A stretch of DNA of 64,000 nucleotides, taken from positions 17,918,001-17,982,000 of the forward strand of contig OX597829.1 of the NCBI GenBank assembly GCA_951406725.2. The letters run 5' to 3'. Source of the stretch: Octopus vulgaris. Lineage: Eukaryota. Shown here in pieces: positions 13,171 through 26,542 of this stretch (positions are counted from its first letter, which is position 1; every line of letters begins with the position of its first letter). A program made the translations under genes and the position numbers. The notes under the pieces are model-generated. The model worked only from the letters and a program-made list of their open reading frames with translations, was not told where the DNA came from and ran no database searches.

Positions 13171-13894
13171 AGTTTATCAGACAGTTCATTTGTTGCCAGC
13201 ACTCTCTATATGGCGGGTTAAGCATGATGTGGCTGGTAATGCGCAGGTATGAGGTTCCGTAAAGATTCCAGGGCGGGGAACAGGTGTGAACACTGTTCTT
13301 TCTGCGGTTTGTCTCCTTGGAGGAGCTGCCGTCTTGGAGAAACAAAGACTGAGACTGACTCCAAACCTCCAGAATGACATCAAGCGTCCACCGCCATCAA
13401 CTAGTCTGGAAATATGATCGAGGATTATTTGCATGGAAGGACGAGGACGTTTTTCTATGAGGTTCAGTATGTTGGTGGAAACGGACTTGCTAGTTTGTAC
13501 TGGAGGACTTTCCAGCTGAGGACTACTGCGGATAATTTTCAGAAGTTCTTGGCAGTACTATAGCTGGGCGCTTACGGTCAGAGATAAATTCTACGGGCAT
13601 GAAAGCGCCGTCGGATGGGCAAAGAGCAGGGAAACTGTTTGGCACGCATTCGTTCAATATTAGACCAGCGTTGATTTGTGGAAATATGATGAACAGCTGC
13701 TTTCGCATATAGAGCGGATCCGGCTATCTGCGGAGTCCATCGTGATGCTTGGTCCGCTGCTCTACTTTAACCGAAAAAGGTTGTATGGTGGACGAGATTG
13801 GAAAAGTATCACACCTGAGACTTGCCTTTTTGGTTAATTCTTGATCGACTTTTTAAATTATCACTTAATATAACATAATTTCTTTTCCTCAACA

Positions 13895-14170
13895 AGCCCT
13901 GCCCTATTTAACATTGTCCCGAAAGAGATCAAAGAGGAAAAGATCCCATCAACTTTAAACGGAGTCTGGATAGATTCCTTCAAGGAATACCAGATAAGCC
14001 ACCCATAATTGGATACAACTCACCCAACAAAACCTCACTGCTTGAATGGACCATAAACAAAACTTGACTTAAACAGGATTTAGATAATCCTATCAGGTGG
14101 TGCTATTAAGTTAGACATGGCCTGGACCAATTTTTGGTCGAAACATATCTAAGTTTTATCTAAGTTTTAT
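13895..14170 (+). mobile_element. 3' end of a CR1-like LINE (same family as 22020-23592)
   Basis: PALFNIVPKEIK...FKRSLDRFLQGIPDKP; tail ggtggtgctattaagttagacatggcc...gaaac followed by two tatctaagttt repeats. Confidence 0.82.
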
Positions 14171-14846
14171 GTAAAGTAAGGGTAGAAAGGGAAGTACTTT
14201 TGGAGAACAAACTTTCAAGAGAGCATTAGCCTGGGCGTTTAGGGAGAACTTAGATGTTAGAGTTCCTCCACAGACCTTAGAGATTCTCTTTCTCTAGTAT
14301 CAGGAGGATTGCATCATCATATTGTTAATGCCGTATAACATATATACTTACATTTCAGCTTTAATTTATCATTTATTTCTATGTAGATCCCCTTATTTTT
14401 TTTATCGATCCTTACATCGTTCCCTATCATCTGTCGCTCTGGTGAAAAATAGTCGATATTTTCCTGTTCGACAAAAGCTCTCGTCATCTTCATCAAAGCA
14501 CTACTTCGAGAGGAAAGTGGTGATAAAAAGAGAGATACTATTTCTTTGTAGTGTGTTTATCGAAAACAAGAAGTTTGACAGTGGCAAGACAAGTGAGCCT
14601 ACTGAATAAAAGAAAAGTGAGAGCAGACAATTCCGATGTCTCAGAGATGGCTGGGTAATTCAAACATTTCTCTGTTGGGTTTCTCTTAAATTACTGAAGG
14701 TGGACAACCCTCACTGTTGTACAATTGTTTTCTACTTCAAATTAAAAAAATATTTATATGCATCTTTTCTTATACCATTTATGGTTTGTTGTTGTTGAGT
14801 TCTTTTCGTGTGATGTATTTAGTCATTTAATATTATCTTCGGTGAT

Positions 14847-15290
14847 AAGGCGGTGAGCAAGCAGAATCGTTAGCACGTCGGGCGAAATGACCAGCAGCAT
14901 AACGTCCATCTTTAGGTACTGAGTTCAAATTCCACCTTGGTCGACTTTGTCTTTCATCCTTTCGTGGGGTCGATAAAATAAGTATCAGTTGAACATTGGG
15001 GTCGTTGTAATCGACTTAACCCTTGTGCCAAAATTTTAAATCAATAAATTATTATCCTCGGTGTTAGGCGATGAGCAGGCAGAATTGTTAGCCAGTTGGG
15101 CACAATGCTTAGCGGCATTTTCATCCGTTTTACGTTCAGAGTTCAAATTCCGCTGAGGTCGATTTTGTCTTTCATCCCTTCACGGTCGATAAAATAAGTA
15201 TCAGTTGAGTACTGGAACTGGGGTCGATGTAACTGATTTAACCCTTCACTTAAAACTACTGGCCTAGTGCCAAAATTTGAAACCAACATT
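14847..15290 (+). mobile_element. Two tandem diverged SINE family B copies
   Basis: aggcggtgagcaagcagaatcgttagc... and aggcgatgagcaggcagaattgttagc..., each with gagttcaaattcc and ctttcatcc...gtcgataaa. Confidence 0.8.
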
Positions 15291-16100
15291 ACTCTGTGTT
15301 TTAAGACCCTGCGGTAAACAAAAAACAGTATTATTGTGTATGTTTTTCCTGTTGTTGCTGTTTTTTTTTTGTTGTTTTTTTTTTTTTTCGTTTCTTTCTC
15401 AAATCTTTCCATCATTCCTGAAATCAACATAACAACAAAAGGGTTTAAGAAATCGAGGGATTTGCTGGGTTTTATTTGAACAAATAATTCGCAGAAAATT
15501 TTTTGTGACAACAGTCACGAGTCTGATAACGCATGTGTCCTACTAAATAAATATATTGTTAAACAGTTTAATTAGTCACAAAACAAACAAGCGAAATGTT
15601 CATGTCAACTACTTACATCGGTCACGATGACGGATATGCCACACATCCGGTTAATTATACGATTAGGGTAAGAGTGGCATTTTTTTTTTCCATCATTATC
15701 TCTTTCAAAGTTAATCATATGTGTTGTCGCCTCCCTTCATATGTATAATGTTGGGTTTTGTATCCACATCTGCGTTTAAAGTCTCTTAACGGTGTGTGTT
15801 GTTTGTACATTTTGCAAGATACGTTGCTGGTGATCTTAATTTAATCCTGCTTCAGCTGCGATAACCGGTGCGCGCGTGCACAAACACACACACATTCACT
15901 CACACATATATGCAAGCATGTATATATATATATATATATATAAATGTTTGTATATACCCGTATATATACATACACATACACACATACGTACGTATATGTG
16001 TATGTGTGTGTAAATATATGCTTGTATATATGTGTATGTACATCTATAATTTTATACAGATACATGCATATATATATGTGTGTGTATGTACATCTATATC

Positions 16101-16144
<44 letters not shown>

Positions 16145-16454
16145 TGTGTATATGTGTTTGTATATATACATATACACATACATATTTATGTATATGTATA
16201 TGTAAATATATATATGTATATATGTGTGTGTATATGTGTGTGAGTGTGTATATATGTGTGTGCGCGTGTGTGTGTATCTATATACATGCAGATGCATATG
16301 TTTATGATATATATATTATACGGTCATACATATACATACATGTATATATGCTATGCAGGCAAATATATAAGTGTATGTGTATGTCTTGTATAGAGGAATG
16401 GCTGTGCGTATACAGGGTGTGCTCGCGCGCGCGCGCGTGTGTGTGTAGGTCTTA

Positions 16455-16520
16455 AATCCTTAAAAATCCTTTAAAATGTTTCAGCCCGAAGGCCGTGGCC
16501 ATGCTGGGGCACCACCGCTA
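16455..16520 (-). mobile_element. Isolated LINE/SINE 3' tail
   Basis: Minus strand gcggtggtgccccagcatggccacggccttcgggctgaaac followed by short aaggattt repeats. Confidence 0.6.
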
Positions 16521-16559
16521 AAATCAAGATAGTTCCATCTTCCCTAGTCTTCCATAACG

Positions 16560-17200
16560 TCGCGAAGTGCAGAGCTGTAATGATGTACAGGAAACCCCAG
16601 AATAAGTATGTCAATACATGTTGGTGTCACTACGGGAGCAGGACGCGAGTGAAGTAGCACCCAACCCCACAGTCGTACAAGCCGAAAGGTTCACAATGAC
16701 ACGCACAAGGAGGGCAGGGTTTCGCTTCCTCCTAATCTCTAACAATGCGAAATGGCAAGATACAAAGGAAGAAAGAATCGTGGTTGGCAAAGAAGATCAA
16801 GAACTATGAAGTTGGTACCTTGGACCGAGTGGGACCGCCCTCAAGACGAAATATCACGTAGACAGGCCTGTGAGAACTCAACCCCTTTTCGCATCTCCTT
16901 CCTGCTACGAACCATCTGTGACACACATCCAATGCCTTCAAACCTGCACAGATGGGGCTTGAAGAAAGACCAGCTGAGTAAGCTTTACGTGAATCGAAAG
17001 AGAGTGAGAGAGAAAAGGAGACAGACAGATAGGCAGACATGCAGACAGACAGACAGACAAACAGACAGGCAAACAAACAGTCACCGTGGCACACAGCAAT
17101 CCAGGCTGTAAAACAGCACTTCCCTAAGCGAGGAACAAGTGGTCCATGACAAGGTGCTTGCGATACTCGCTCACACTCTGGAGCATGAGATACAAGACCC
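16560..17200 (+). mobile_element. HERO/NeSL-like (restriction-like endonuclease LINE) ORF fragment, interrupted by a microsatellite
   Basis: PFRISFLLRTICDTHPMPSNLHRWGL, then approximately GCKTAL...HDKVLAILAHTLE across frames after the (GACA)n tract. Confidence 0.6.
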
Positions 17201-17402
17201 ATTAACCGGCAAGGTGTTAACGTTCTGGTTTGTAACATCAATGACTGGTGGACGCAGTCCGGAGACATCGATTCTTCCAAGTCGTGGCCAACGGTGAACT
17301 ATGAAGTTTCTTCTTTTAGATGTAATTAATTGCCGTGTATGTCTTTATGTATGGGCGTATGTCTATACACATATACTTACACACACACACACACACACAC
17401 AC

Positions 17403-17922
17403 TTCTCCTCCTCCTCTTCTTCTTCTGCATCTTCTTCTCCATCTTCTTTTCCTCCTTCTTCCCCATCTTCTTCTCCATCCTCTTCTCCTCCTTCTCCATT
17501 TTCCTCTTCTTTTTCTTCTTCACTTCTTCTTCTTCTTCTTTTTCTTCTCCTCCTTCTTCTTCTTCTTCTTCTCCTTCTTCTCCTTCTCCTTCTTCTCCTT
17601 CTTTTTCTTCTTCTTCTCCTTCTTCTCCTTCTTCTTCTTCTTCTCCTCCTTCTTCTTCTTCTTTTTCTTCTCCTTCTTCTTCTTCTTCTTCTTCTTCTTC
17701 TTCTTCTTCTTCTTCTTCTTCTTCTTCTTCTTCTTCTTCTTCTTCTTCTTCTTCTTCTTCTTCTTCTTCTTCTTCTTCTTCTTCTTCTTCTTCTTCTTCT
17801 TCTTCTTCTTCTTCTTCTTCTTCTTCTTCTTCTTCTTCTTCTTCTTCTTCTTCTTCTTCTTCTTCTTCTTCTTCTTCTTCTTCTGCTCCTTCTTCTGCTC
17901 CTTCTTCTCCTCCATTTTCTCC
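17403..17922. repeat. Long (TTC/TCC)n polypyrimidine tract
   Basis: Seen directly. Confidence 0.97.
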
Positions 17923-18375
17923 ATAAGGGTCGATTCGGTCAATAAATCGTTCAGGGTAACGCCTCAGCATTACCGCAGACCAATGACCGAAACATGTAAA
18001 AGGTAAAAGAGTCAAGCGCATGCGCGAATCCCTGTTTTCTTATTTGTTTTTTTTTGTTTTTTTGTTTTTTGTTCGATGGCTGTCTGAATGAATATTATAT
18101 TTACGGTTCTGCCTGTGTGTATGCGTATTTAGACATTCCAATGCAAATGGTAATGTGTTACTGCATTTGGTAGGGAAAGCGCATTGCTTTACTGTGTATG
18201 TTGTGTATGTGTGTGTGTTTGTGTGCGTTTGTGTGTGCGTGCGTATATTTGTGTGTGGAGGGGGTGCTGTGTACCCCCCTGTAGAAACATTAGTTTTTCG
18301 TGGGGGAATTTCATAGCTTTTCTGCTTTTCTATGCTTGAATATACAGACCCGGATAAGCCCAGACATTTGTGTGC

Positions 18376-18444
<69 letters not shown>

Positions 18445-18470
18445 TAGATATATAGATATATATAGATATA

Positions 18471-18536
<66 letters not shown>

Positions 18537-18565
18537 TACATATATATATGCATATATATATACAC

Positions 18566-18662
<97 letters not shown>

Positions 18663-18992
18663 ATGTTTGCATTTGCAAGAGCATGTGTGTATGCGTTTGT
18701 GTGCGTGTGAGTACGTAAGTATATGCGTGAGTGGAAGAAAGTGGGAGTGGGGCCGTGTACCCCCGTAGAAGCATCAGTTTTAAGTAAACAGATATTTATG
18801 CAAAACTGTAATATAGATGGAAGCAGGAAAAGGCTATTTACTGAAGTTGGGAGGACGAAAGCAGAAAGAGTGAGGGGCACAGGTACAGGAGACAGGGAGG
18901 TGCGGGAAAGAGCAAAGGAGAGTTAATTCAGGAATTTATATTCAGAAAATGAATAAATTCAACCAAGAATGTTGTTGTTATTGTTGTTGCTG

Positions 18993-19807
18993 CTCTTCTT
19001 CTTCTTCTTCTTCTTCTTCTTCTTGTGATCCTCCTTCTTCTTTTTCTTCTCCTTCTTCTCATTCTTCTTCTTCTTCTTCTTCTTCTTCTTCTTCTTCTTC
19101 TTCTTCTTCTTCTTCTTCTTCTTCTTCTTCTTCTTCTTCTTCTTCTTCTTCTTCTTCTTCTTCTTCTTCTTCTTCTTCTTCTTCTTCTTCTTCTTCTTCT
19201 TCTTCTCCTTCTTCTCCATTTTCTTCTCCTCCTCATTCTTCTTCTTCTTCTTCTTCTTCTTCTTCTTCTTCTTCTCCTTCTTCTTCTTCTTCTTCTCCTT
19301 CTTCTCCATTTTCTTCTCCTCCTCATTCTTCTTCTCCTTCTTCTTCTTCTTCTTCTTCTTCTTCTTCTTCTTCTCCTTCTTCTCCATTTTCTTCTCCTCC
19401 TCATTCTTCTTCTTCTTCTTCTTCTTCTTCTTCTTCTTCTTCTTCTTCTTCTTCTTCTCCTTCTTCTTCTTTTTCTTCTCCTTCCTTCTTCTTCTTCTTC
19501 TTCTTCTTCTTCTTCTTCTTCTCCTTCTTCTTCTTCTCCATCTTCTTCTCCTTCTTCTTCTTCTTCTTCTTCTTCTTCTCCTTCTTCTTCTTCTTCATCT
19601 TCTTCTCTATCTGCTTCTTCTTCTTCTTCTTCTTCTTCTTTTTCTTCTTCTTCTTCTTCTCCATCTTCTTCACTTCTTCGTCTTATTCTTCTTCTTCTTC
19701 TTCTTCTTCTTCTTCTTCTTCTTCTTCTTCTTCTTCTTCTTCTTCTTCTTCTTCTCCTTTTTCTTCTTCTTCTTTTTCTTCTTCTGCTTCTTTTTCTTCT
19801 TCTTCTT
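18993..19807. repeat. Long (TTC)n tract with a higher-order internal unit
   Basis: Seen directly; tctccttcttctccattttcttctcctcctcattc recurs three times in 19200-19410. Confidence 0.97.
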
Positions 19808-20269
19808 GGTAGTGGTGGTGGTGTGGATGCAGCAGCTGGTGTCGTCCTTATTCTTGCTTTTGTTATTGTTGTTTTACTGACATAATCAAATATACGAATG
19901 CGATACTTCGAGTTTATTTTAACAGCTTAACAATTTTTTGTTGTTGAGAATAATTATTATAATGAGAAACAAAAATACATACTTATCATATATGTATGCG
20001 TGCGTGCGCACGTGTAAATGCATCCGTGTGTGTGTGCATGTTTGTGTGTGAGCGTATAGTATAATGTACATATATACGCATTTAAACCTACACAGAGACA
20101 TGTGTGTGTGTGTGTGTGTGTATGCTGTGAGTACGTATATGTGTGCATATATACACAAACATGACAGAGGTAAATAGACACCAGATAAAACATCGTTTTA
20201 TATTCATTTTAACTTGAAAAAGTTTATATTTTTTATTAATTGACATATTTATGTTTTAGGTTCTATATG

Positions 20270-20870
20270 TGGCTTACAAAAGAAGGTTTGGAATTGTCCG
20301 AATTTCAGAGATATCGAATTGCGAATCAGTCTGAAGGTCGACCTAGTCGGTGTGAAATTGCAGAAAACAATTCTCTGGTTAATATGCAATTAACCAGAGA
20401 GGGCAAGAGCTTCACATTACCTCGCCCAGGTCTACCAGGGCCCTCTGACAGGACCCTTTGCTTCGTTAACTGAAGTGTGGAGGATAATTCTCGCTGCAAG
20501 TCCTCTGACATACCTGAACATGTTGATATCAATCAGGGATCTCCACAAACTTGGTTACTATGGCAATGCAACAACAAGGAAGCCACTTCTTCGACCAGCC
20601 AACATCAAGTGGAGGAAAGATTGGGCCAGTGAGATGGTGGAGAGGCCACTAGCATTGTGACACTGTCATATTCTCTGATGAGTCCAAATTTGATGTATTT
20701 CCTGACAGTGGTTCAGTGTGAGTCTGGAGGCTCTGTGATCAAGAATTTGACGAGAAAACATTGCAGCCAACGATGGAACACGGCGGCTATTCTGTGATAG
20801 TCTGGGAAGCAGTTCGTTCGATCAGAGGTGGTGGAGTGTGAGGGAAACATAACTCAGATAAATATGTACC
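20270..20870 (+). mobile_element. Decayed Tc1-like transposase remnant
   Basis: ELSEFQR...PRPG, RKPLLRPANIKWRKDWA, VIFSDESKF, LQPTMEHGGYSVIVW. Confidence 0.8.
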
Positions 20871-20894
20871 ACCATCGCTTCATAACCAATATTG

Positions 20895-21045
20895 CTGTGT
20901 TTGCGCCCCCGTAAGTTAGCAGTTCGGCAAAAGACGCCAATAGAATAAGTACTAGGTTTACAAAGAATAAATCCTGGGGCGGATTTCTTCGACTAAAGGC
21001 GGTACTCCAGCATGGCCGCACTCACATAACTGAAACAAGTAAAAC
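20895..21045 (+). mobile_element. SINE family A, 3' half
   Basis: gttcggcaaaagacgccaatagaataagtact...catggccgca...tgaaacaagtaaaa. Confidence 0.85.
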
Positions 21046-21061
21046 AATAAAAAAAAAACTA

Positions 21062-21091
21062 ATCCCGAGCTACGCCGGGTATCTTTGCTAG
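21062..21091 (+). mobile_element. Helitron-type 3' terminus
   Basis: Hairpin cccgagctacgccggg followed 8 nt later by CTAG|T. Confidence 0.55.
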
Positions 21092-21200
21092 TAAGTAATA
21101 AATAATTTGAATGTATAATTTCAGATTTAAGTTAACTTTAACGAGTATAATGGTGTTTATTTACTTCTGTCATGTCTTTGTGTGTGTATATATATATGTT

Positions 21201-21261
<61 letters not shown>

Positions 21262-22019
21262 TTGTGTGTGTACGTACATATATGTATTTGTGTGTATGAA
21301 TATTTGTATATATGTATAAGTATATATATATATATATATATGTGTGTGTGAGTATGTGTGTGTGTGTGTGCGTGTATGTGTATGAATATTTGCGTATATA
21401 TACATGTATGTGTGTCTGTGTGCGTATTTATATTGAATGCATAAAAAGAAGCATATACACACATACATGTGTGTATATGCGTGCGCCTGTGTGCGCATGT
21501 GTGTGTGTCTGTGTGCGCACGCGTGTGTGTGTGAACATTCTCACTTACAGGTTGCATTTCCAGTGTTTACTTTACCCAACCGCCTGGCCTAAAGTCCGCC
21601 CAGTTGAAAGGTTTACATAGAATAAAATCTCAAAATAAGACATTATTTAGCTCACTCTAGACGTTCTTAGAATAACCAATTAACATTTAAATTTTAAGAG
21701 GGTGATAAAATTTTAAGAGACTTTTATTGCAGCAAGTAAAATACGCGTGAGCATTCAATAAAATTCATAGAGGAAAATATAAATGGAAAGTGGGAAATAT
21801 ATACATAAATATATGAATAATTTCTTAAATGCAACCGGACTTATACATGAGACGGTAATATAAGCTCCTCGTTATCGTGTGAGCTTTCAGAAGTAGTAAG
21901 CAAATTTTCCTCAAATTGCAACTTGCTGTCTTAAATAAAAAAAAATTACATCTGAATAATTTAATACCAAACTTACTCCTAAAGAGCCGATCTGGACTGT
22001 ATCAGTCCAGAAGAAAAGA

Positions 22020-23592
22020 ACACATTATATCGGACATAATGTTTGGCGCCGCTGATGCCTTAACAGTGATAAACGAAATTAAACACAATTCAGCAGCAGG
22101 CCCTTATAGGTTCCCTGCTTGTGTCCTGAAGGTGTGTCCTCACCAACTTGCATCACTTCTGCTAATCAGTGGAGGAACTCACTGGATGCCGGTTATATTC
22201 CTGAAAACTTTCTGTCCCAGTTTGTTGTCCCAATTTTCAAAAAGGAAAACAAGTCCCTTACAGTGAACTACCGGACGATCCCGCACACCTCTCATATCAT
22301 CAAGGTATTTGAGAGGAGGATGAGATCACAGATAACCCACTTTTTTGAAAGCAACAGACTCCTGAATCTCAACCAGTATGGGTTCGGTAATGGAAGGAAC
22401 TGCCTAACGCTGCTCCTGCATCACCTTGATGACATTTTGAGAGCTTTGAGAGAGGGCTCGAATACTGTTGTCATCTACCTCGACGTGGTGGATCATAAGA
22501 TCCTCTTGAAAAAAACTATCTAACATTGGTATATCTTGAAAGTTACTACAATGGATCGAGTGTTTCCTGACAGGCAGAACCCAACACGTTGTAGTCGAAG
22601 GAGTAAAATCAAGCCCAGCCAAAGTCAGTAGTGGTGTTCCACAAGGCACAGTGTTGGGCCCACTTCTTTTCATCATCTACATCAATGACATTACTGATAT
22701 CATCAAACACAGTAACATAAGAATTTTTGCAGATGATTATGCCTTCAGTCAGGTCTACTGCCTGTCATCCAATGGGCGGAAAAAATTATATGCTGCTGAT
22801 CGAGGACAAATTCGAGATAATCCACTTCAGAAAAGAGGATACCCTGAAACTCCCATATTCCTTTCCTTCGGGTGCAACTCTCGTGGCATCCAACAACATC
22901 AGAGACTTGGAAGTAATCGTGGACAACAGCATAAGCTGGGCCGCTAATATAAACAGTAAATTTGACATGACCCACAGAATATGTTCCTAGATTCTCAGAA
23001 CTTTCCAGTCGAGAGATATCCACATTTTCCTTCTCTTCTCTACTTTTGCCCGACCCCACTTTGAATACTGTTGTCCACTATGGTCTCTCCACACAAAATA
23101 AAGTATAATGAAAATTGAAACACTTCAAAGGTCAATTACAAAAAAGATAGATGGCATGTCAGGCCTCGATTATTCTCTCCATCAAGCTTTATATTCTCTC
23201 CATCACCGCCGTGAGCGCTACATCATCTGCATGATGTGGAAAATATCTCATCAGCATTGCATAAATTATGTTGGAATTGTGCTATCCACCCTCAACACAA
23301 ATCATACTTGCATCACATGACAATACGGCACAATTATGTCACCTCTATTGGCCCCGCTCTCTTTAACATTACACCAAAGAACATTAAAGTAGAAACAGAC
23401 CCCATAAAGTTCAAGAAGTCTTTGGACAAATTCCTTAAAAAAATTCCAGATAAACATCCTTGGCCCGGATATGTCTCCATAAACAACAACTCTCTCCTCG
23501 AGAGGGCCATGTTGTCCGATTCCTGATTTGAATGTGTTTGCCAAGTGGTGCTATTAAGTTAGACATGGCCTGGGCCAATACTGGCCGAAACC
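22020..23592 (+). mobile_element. 5'-truncated CR1-group LINE with a decayed reverse transcriptase
   Basis: VPIFKK..NYR, QYGF..GR.C, VIYLD, SGVPQGTVLGPLLFIIYIND, FADD, RPHFEYCCPLWS, RRERY; conserved 3' tail; many frameshifts and stops. Confidence 0.93.
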
Positions 23593-23621
23593 TGGCAAAT
23601 ATATATATGCGTGTGTGTGTA

Positions 23622-23622
23622 G

Positions 23623-23703
<81 letters not shown>

Positions 23704-23724
23704 TATGCGTGTGTGTGTAGAGAG

Positions 23725-23812
<88 letters not shown>

Positions 23813-23826
23813 GGATGGATAGATAG
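23622..23826. repeat. (GATA)n microsatellite with a duplicated atatatgcgtgtgtgtgtag spacer
   Basis: Seen directly. Confidence 0.95.
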
Positions 23827-23829
23827 AAA

Positions 23830-25226
23830 TGTGAGAAAAGGCTGAGTTCTATTTATCCTTTACTTTGTGGGGAGGTTCCAAAGTTAGATTTCTAATAGAT
23901 TCTTCATATTAAATTGGTAGCTTACAATTGTATTTTTTTTAATATGAAAATGTTACAAGTATAAGATGTATTATGAGCAATTATAGAACAAGTATCCTAT
24001 AGAAACTGAACAAGCAATTAAATGTGGAGAAGAGGAAGTGTTAAAAGTTTTATAAAATTTTAATCCATGCATACGATCGTTTCGAAAGGTAATATTAATA
24101 TGTAAGAAAAATGGAAAAAAATTCAAATTAATTTAATTATAATTAAATTAATTACATATTAACGTTCTCCTCGGTGCGAAAGAAGAATACATAAAAAAGA
24201 ATACATCAGAAGAATATTATATTGTTACAGAAGACTTGATGGAGTGAGTGTCATATAACATGTTCGGATATACTATAATATATATAATATAAGACATACA
24301 TACATGTATAGAGTTTATAAATTTTTTAAAGTAAAATGTAGAATACAATGTATAATCTATTAATTATATTAATCGGTGTAAATATAAAGTTGAAAAAACG
24401 CTAGAAGTAGTAATAATAATTACTATGATTGATAAATAAAAATAATATTAATACTAATAAAGAGAGAAAAAGGTGGAAATACTATAAATCTATTTATATG
24501 CATAACCAAAAAGATAAATGAACTATATCTCTGAGAGTGTCTGCATATTGTGGAAATTATTTATTGTGAGTAAAATCGTATATCATCTGTAAGATTTTGG
24601 TTAATATATGTAGATTTGTGAGAAGCACAAAATAATTTTTATAATTTAAGAAATAATAATTGCGATAATTAAGAGAGGTAGTTTATTTTTTTAATTATTT
24701 ATATATACATATCATACAAATGGAATAGGTTACGAATAAGAAAGAAGAAAAGAGAAGAATAGAAATCATATATAGTAGTAATAATGTAAAGAGAGGTATT
24801 ATACAAAAAACTAAATTATGAGGAGAAGGAATAAGATGGAAGTAGTTAAGGTAGGGGTGGAAAGATTAATTAAGGTTAATAAAAAAGAATTTTGACTTAT
24901 CTCTCGAATTTGCAAGAAAACCGTTCATTTTCATTCTTTTGTAATTTTCTTCTAGGCATAATTTGCAGATCTTGTTATTATGTCTATAGGATGGAGCTGA
25001 AAGAAGTATTTTCCAAGAAATCGAGTAATCTATATTGCTTCTTTTCAGTTGCCAAATCTTTTTGGATAGACCTGTGCTATTTTCTTTTCTAGGATTATTA
25101 AAGGATGATCTATGATTATTTAATCTTAATTTGAAAGAATTTTGTGTACATCCGATGTAAGTAAATTTAGAGAGATTATGGGTAATAACGGTTTCTTGGT
25201 ATACTACAGCTTTCATTCTACAGTTA
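23830..25226 (-). mobile_element. 5'-truncated Penelope-like element: GIY-YIG endonuclease plus AT-rich 3' region with a hammerhead
   Basis: 25226-24866 encodes VVYQ...TYIGCTQNSFKLRLNNHRSSF...STGLSKKIWQLK...W.IL...CKLCLEE. The distal boundary is approximate. Confidence 0.85.
24069..24177 (-). ncRNA. Type I hammerhead motif (U4C core variant, very long stem II)
   Basis: gca-CCGAGGA-gaa...ttaatatgtaa...ttacatattaat...ttc-GAAAC-GATC-GTA-tgc; stem III palindrome ACGATCGT. Confidence 0.65.
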
Positions 25227-25298
25227 TGTATGTATGTGTGTATGTATGTATGTATGTATGTATGTGTGCGTATGTATGTGTGTATGTATGTGCGTATG

Positions 25299-25341
<43 letters not shown>

Positions 25342-26511
25342 GTATGTATATGTGAGTGTATGCATGCATATACGTACGTATGTATGCATATATGTGTACA
25401 TGTATGTATGTATTTGTATGTTTTGCTTTTTGTGTATGTATTCTCATGCATATAGTTGCATTTCTGGACATGCTCATATATATATATACGCATGTATGTA
25501 TGTACGCATGCATATATGTACGCGTTCATGCATGCATATATGCATGTATGCATGTATGTATGCATGCATGTATGTGTTCGTGCATACATAGATGTATGTA
25601 TGCATGTATGTATGCATGCGTATATGTGTGTATATATGCGTGCATGCATGCATTTATATATTTATATATATATACGTATAGTTTTACACCAAAAAGTACT
25701 TGTATTTAAAGTCTATTATTTTCTGTTTTTTACTTTGTTTCACACATCGCACTCATTATATTGCATTTTAATTATTTATTTTTATTTATTTATACTTTAT
25801 ATTCATTTTGTGTTTTGTTTTTGTTTTTGATTTTTGATTTTTTTTCTTCAATTCTAAAGGGTCAGGAATAGTTTAAAGCGAAGATATTTATATTTTCGTC
25901 AGCGAAGAATATCAACATCAGGGTCATTTTTCTGATGCTGTTTTTCTTCAAAACTAACAGGAACGGTTGTAAACACTTCAAATTGACAAATACACACACA
26001 AAACACGAAGACATTTAAGTTTTAAACACTTTTAACATGGACGCGGAGACGTACAGATAAACACCGTTCCACGGCGCAAAGCACACACACACACATACAC
26101 TCACACTTACACGCGCGCACACACACACACACCGGTATTTCCTCAGTTTCTGTGTATACGCGTTTTCGGGAATGTATGACTTTAATACTAAAGTATGTCT
26201 TTTTTTTTTCTTATCTTTTTTGTTCTTCTTATTCGGACGTACAAATAAACATGCCATATTTAAACATATGGTGCGTTAGTAGAAACATTAGAGCGACGAA
26301 CGAAAACCTTGCGATATTTCGTCCCAGCTATTTACGTTGTGAGTTCAAATCCCATTGTAGGCAACTTTGCCTTTCGTCTTTTCATTGCCGATAACTGAAG
26401 CACCGGCCAAGTACTGAATTTAATGATAGCAAACAATTGTTTCTTCTGCTCCTCCTCCTCCTCCTCCTCCTCCTTCTTCTTCTTCTTCTTCTTCTTCTTC
26501 TTCTTCTTCTT

Positions 26512-26539
<28 letters not shown>

Positions 26540-26542
<3 letters not shown>

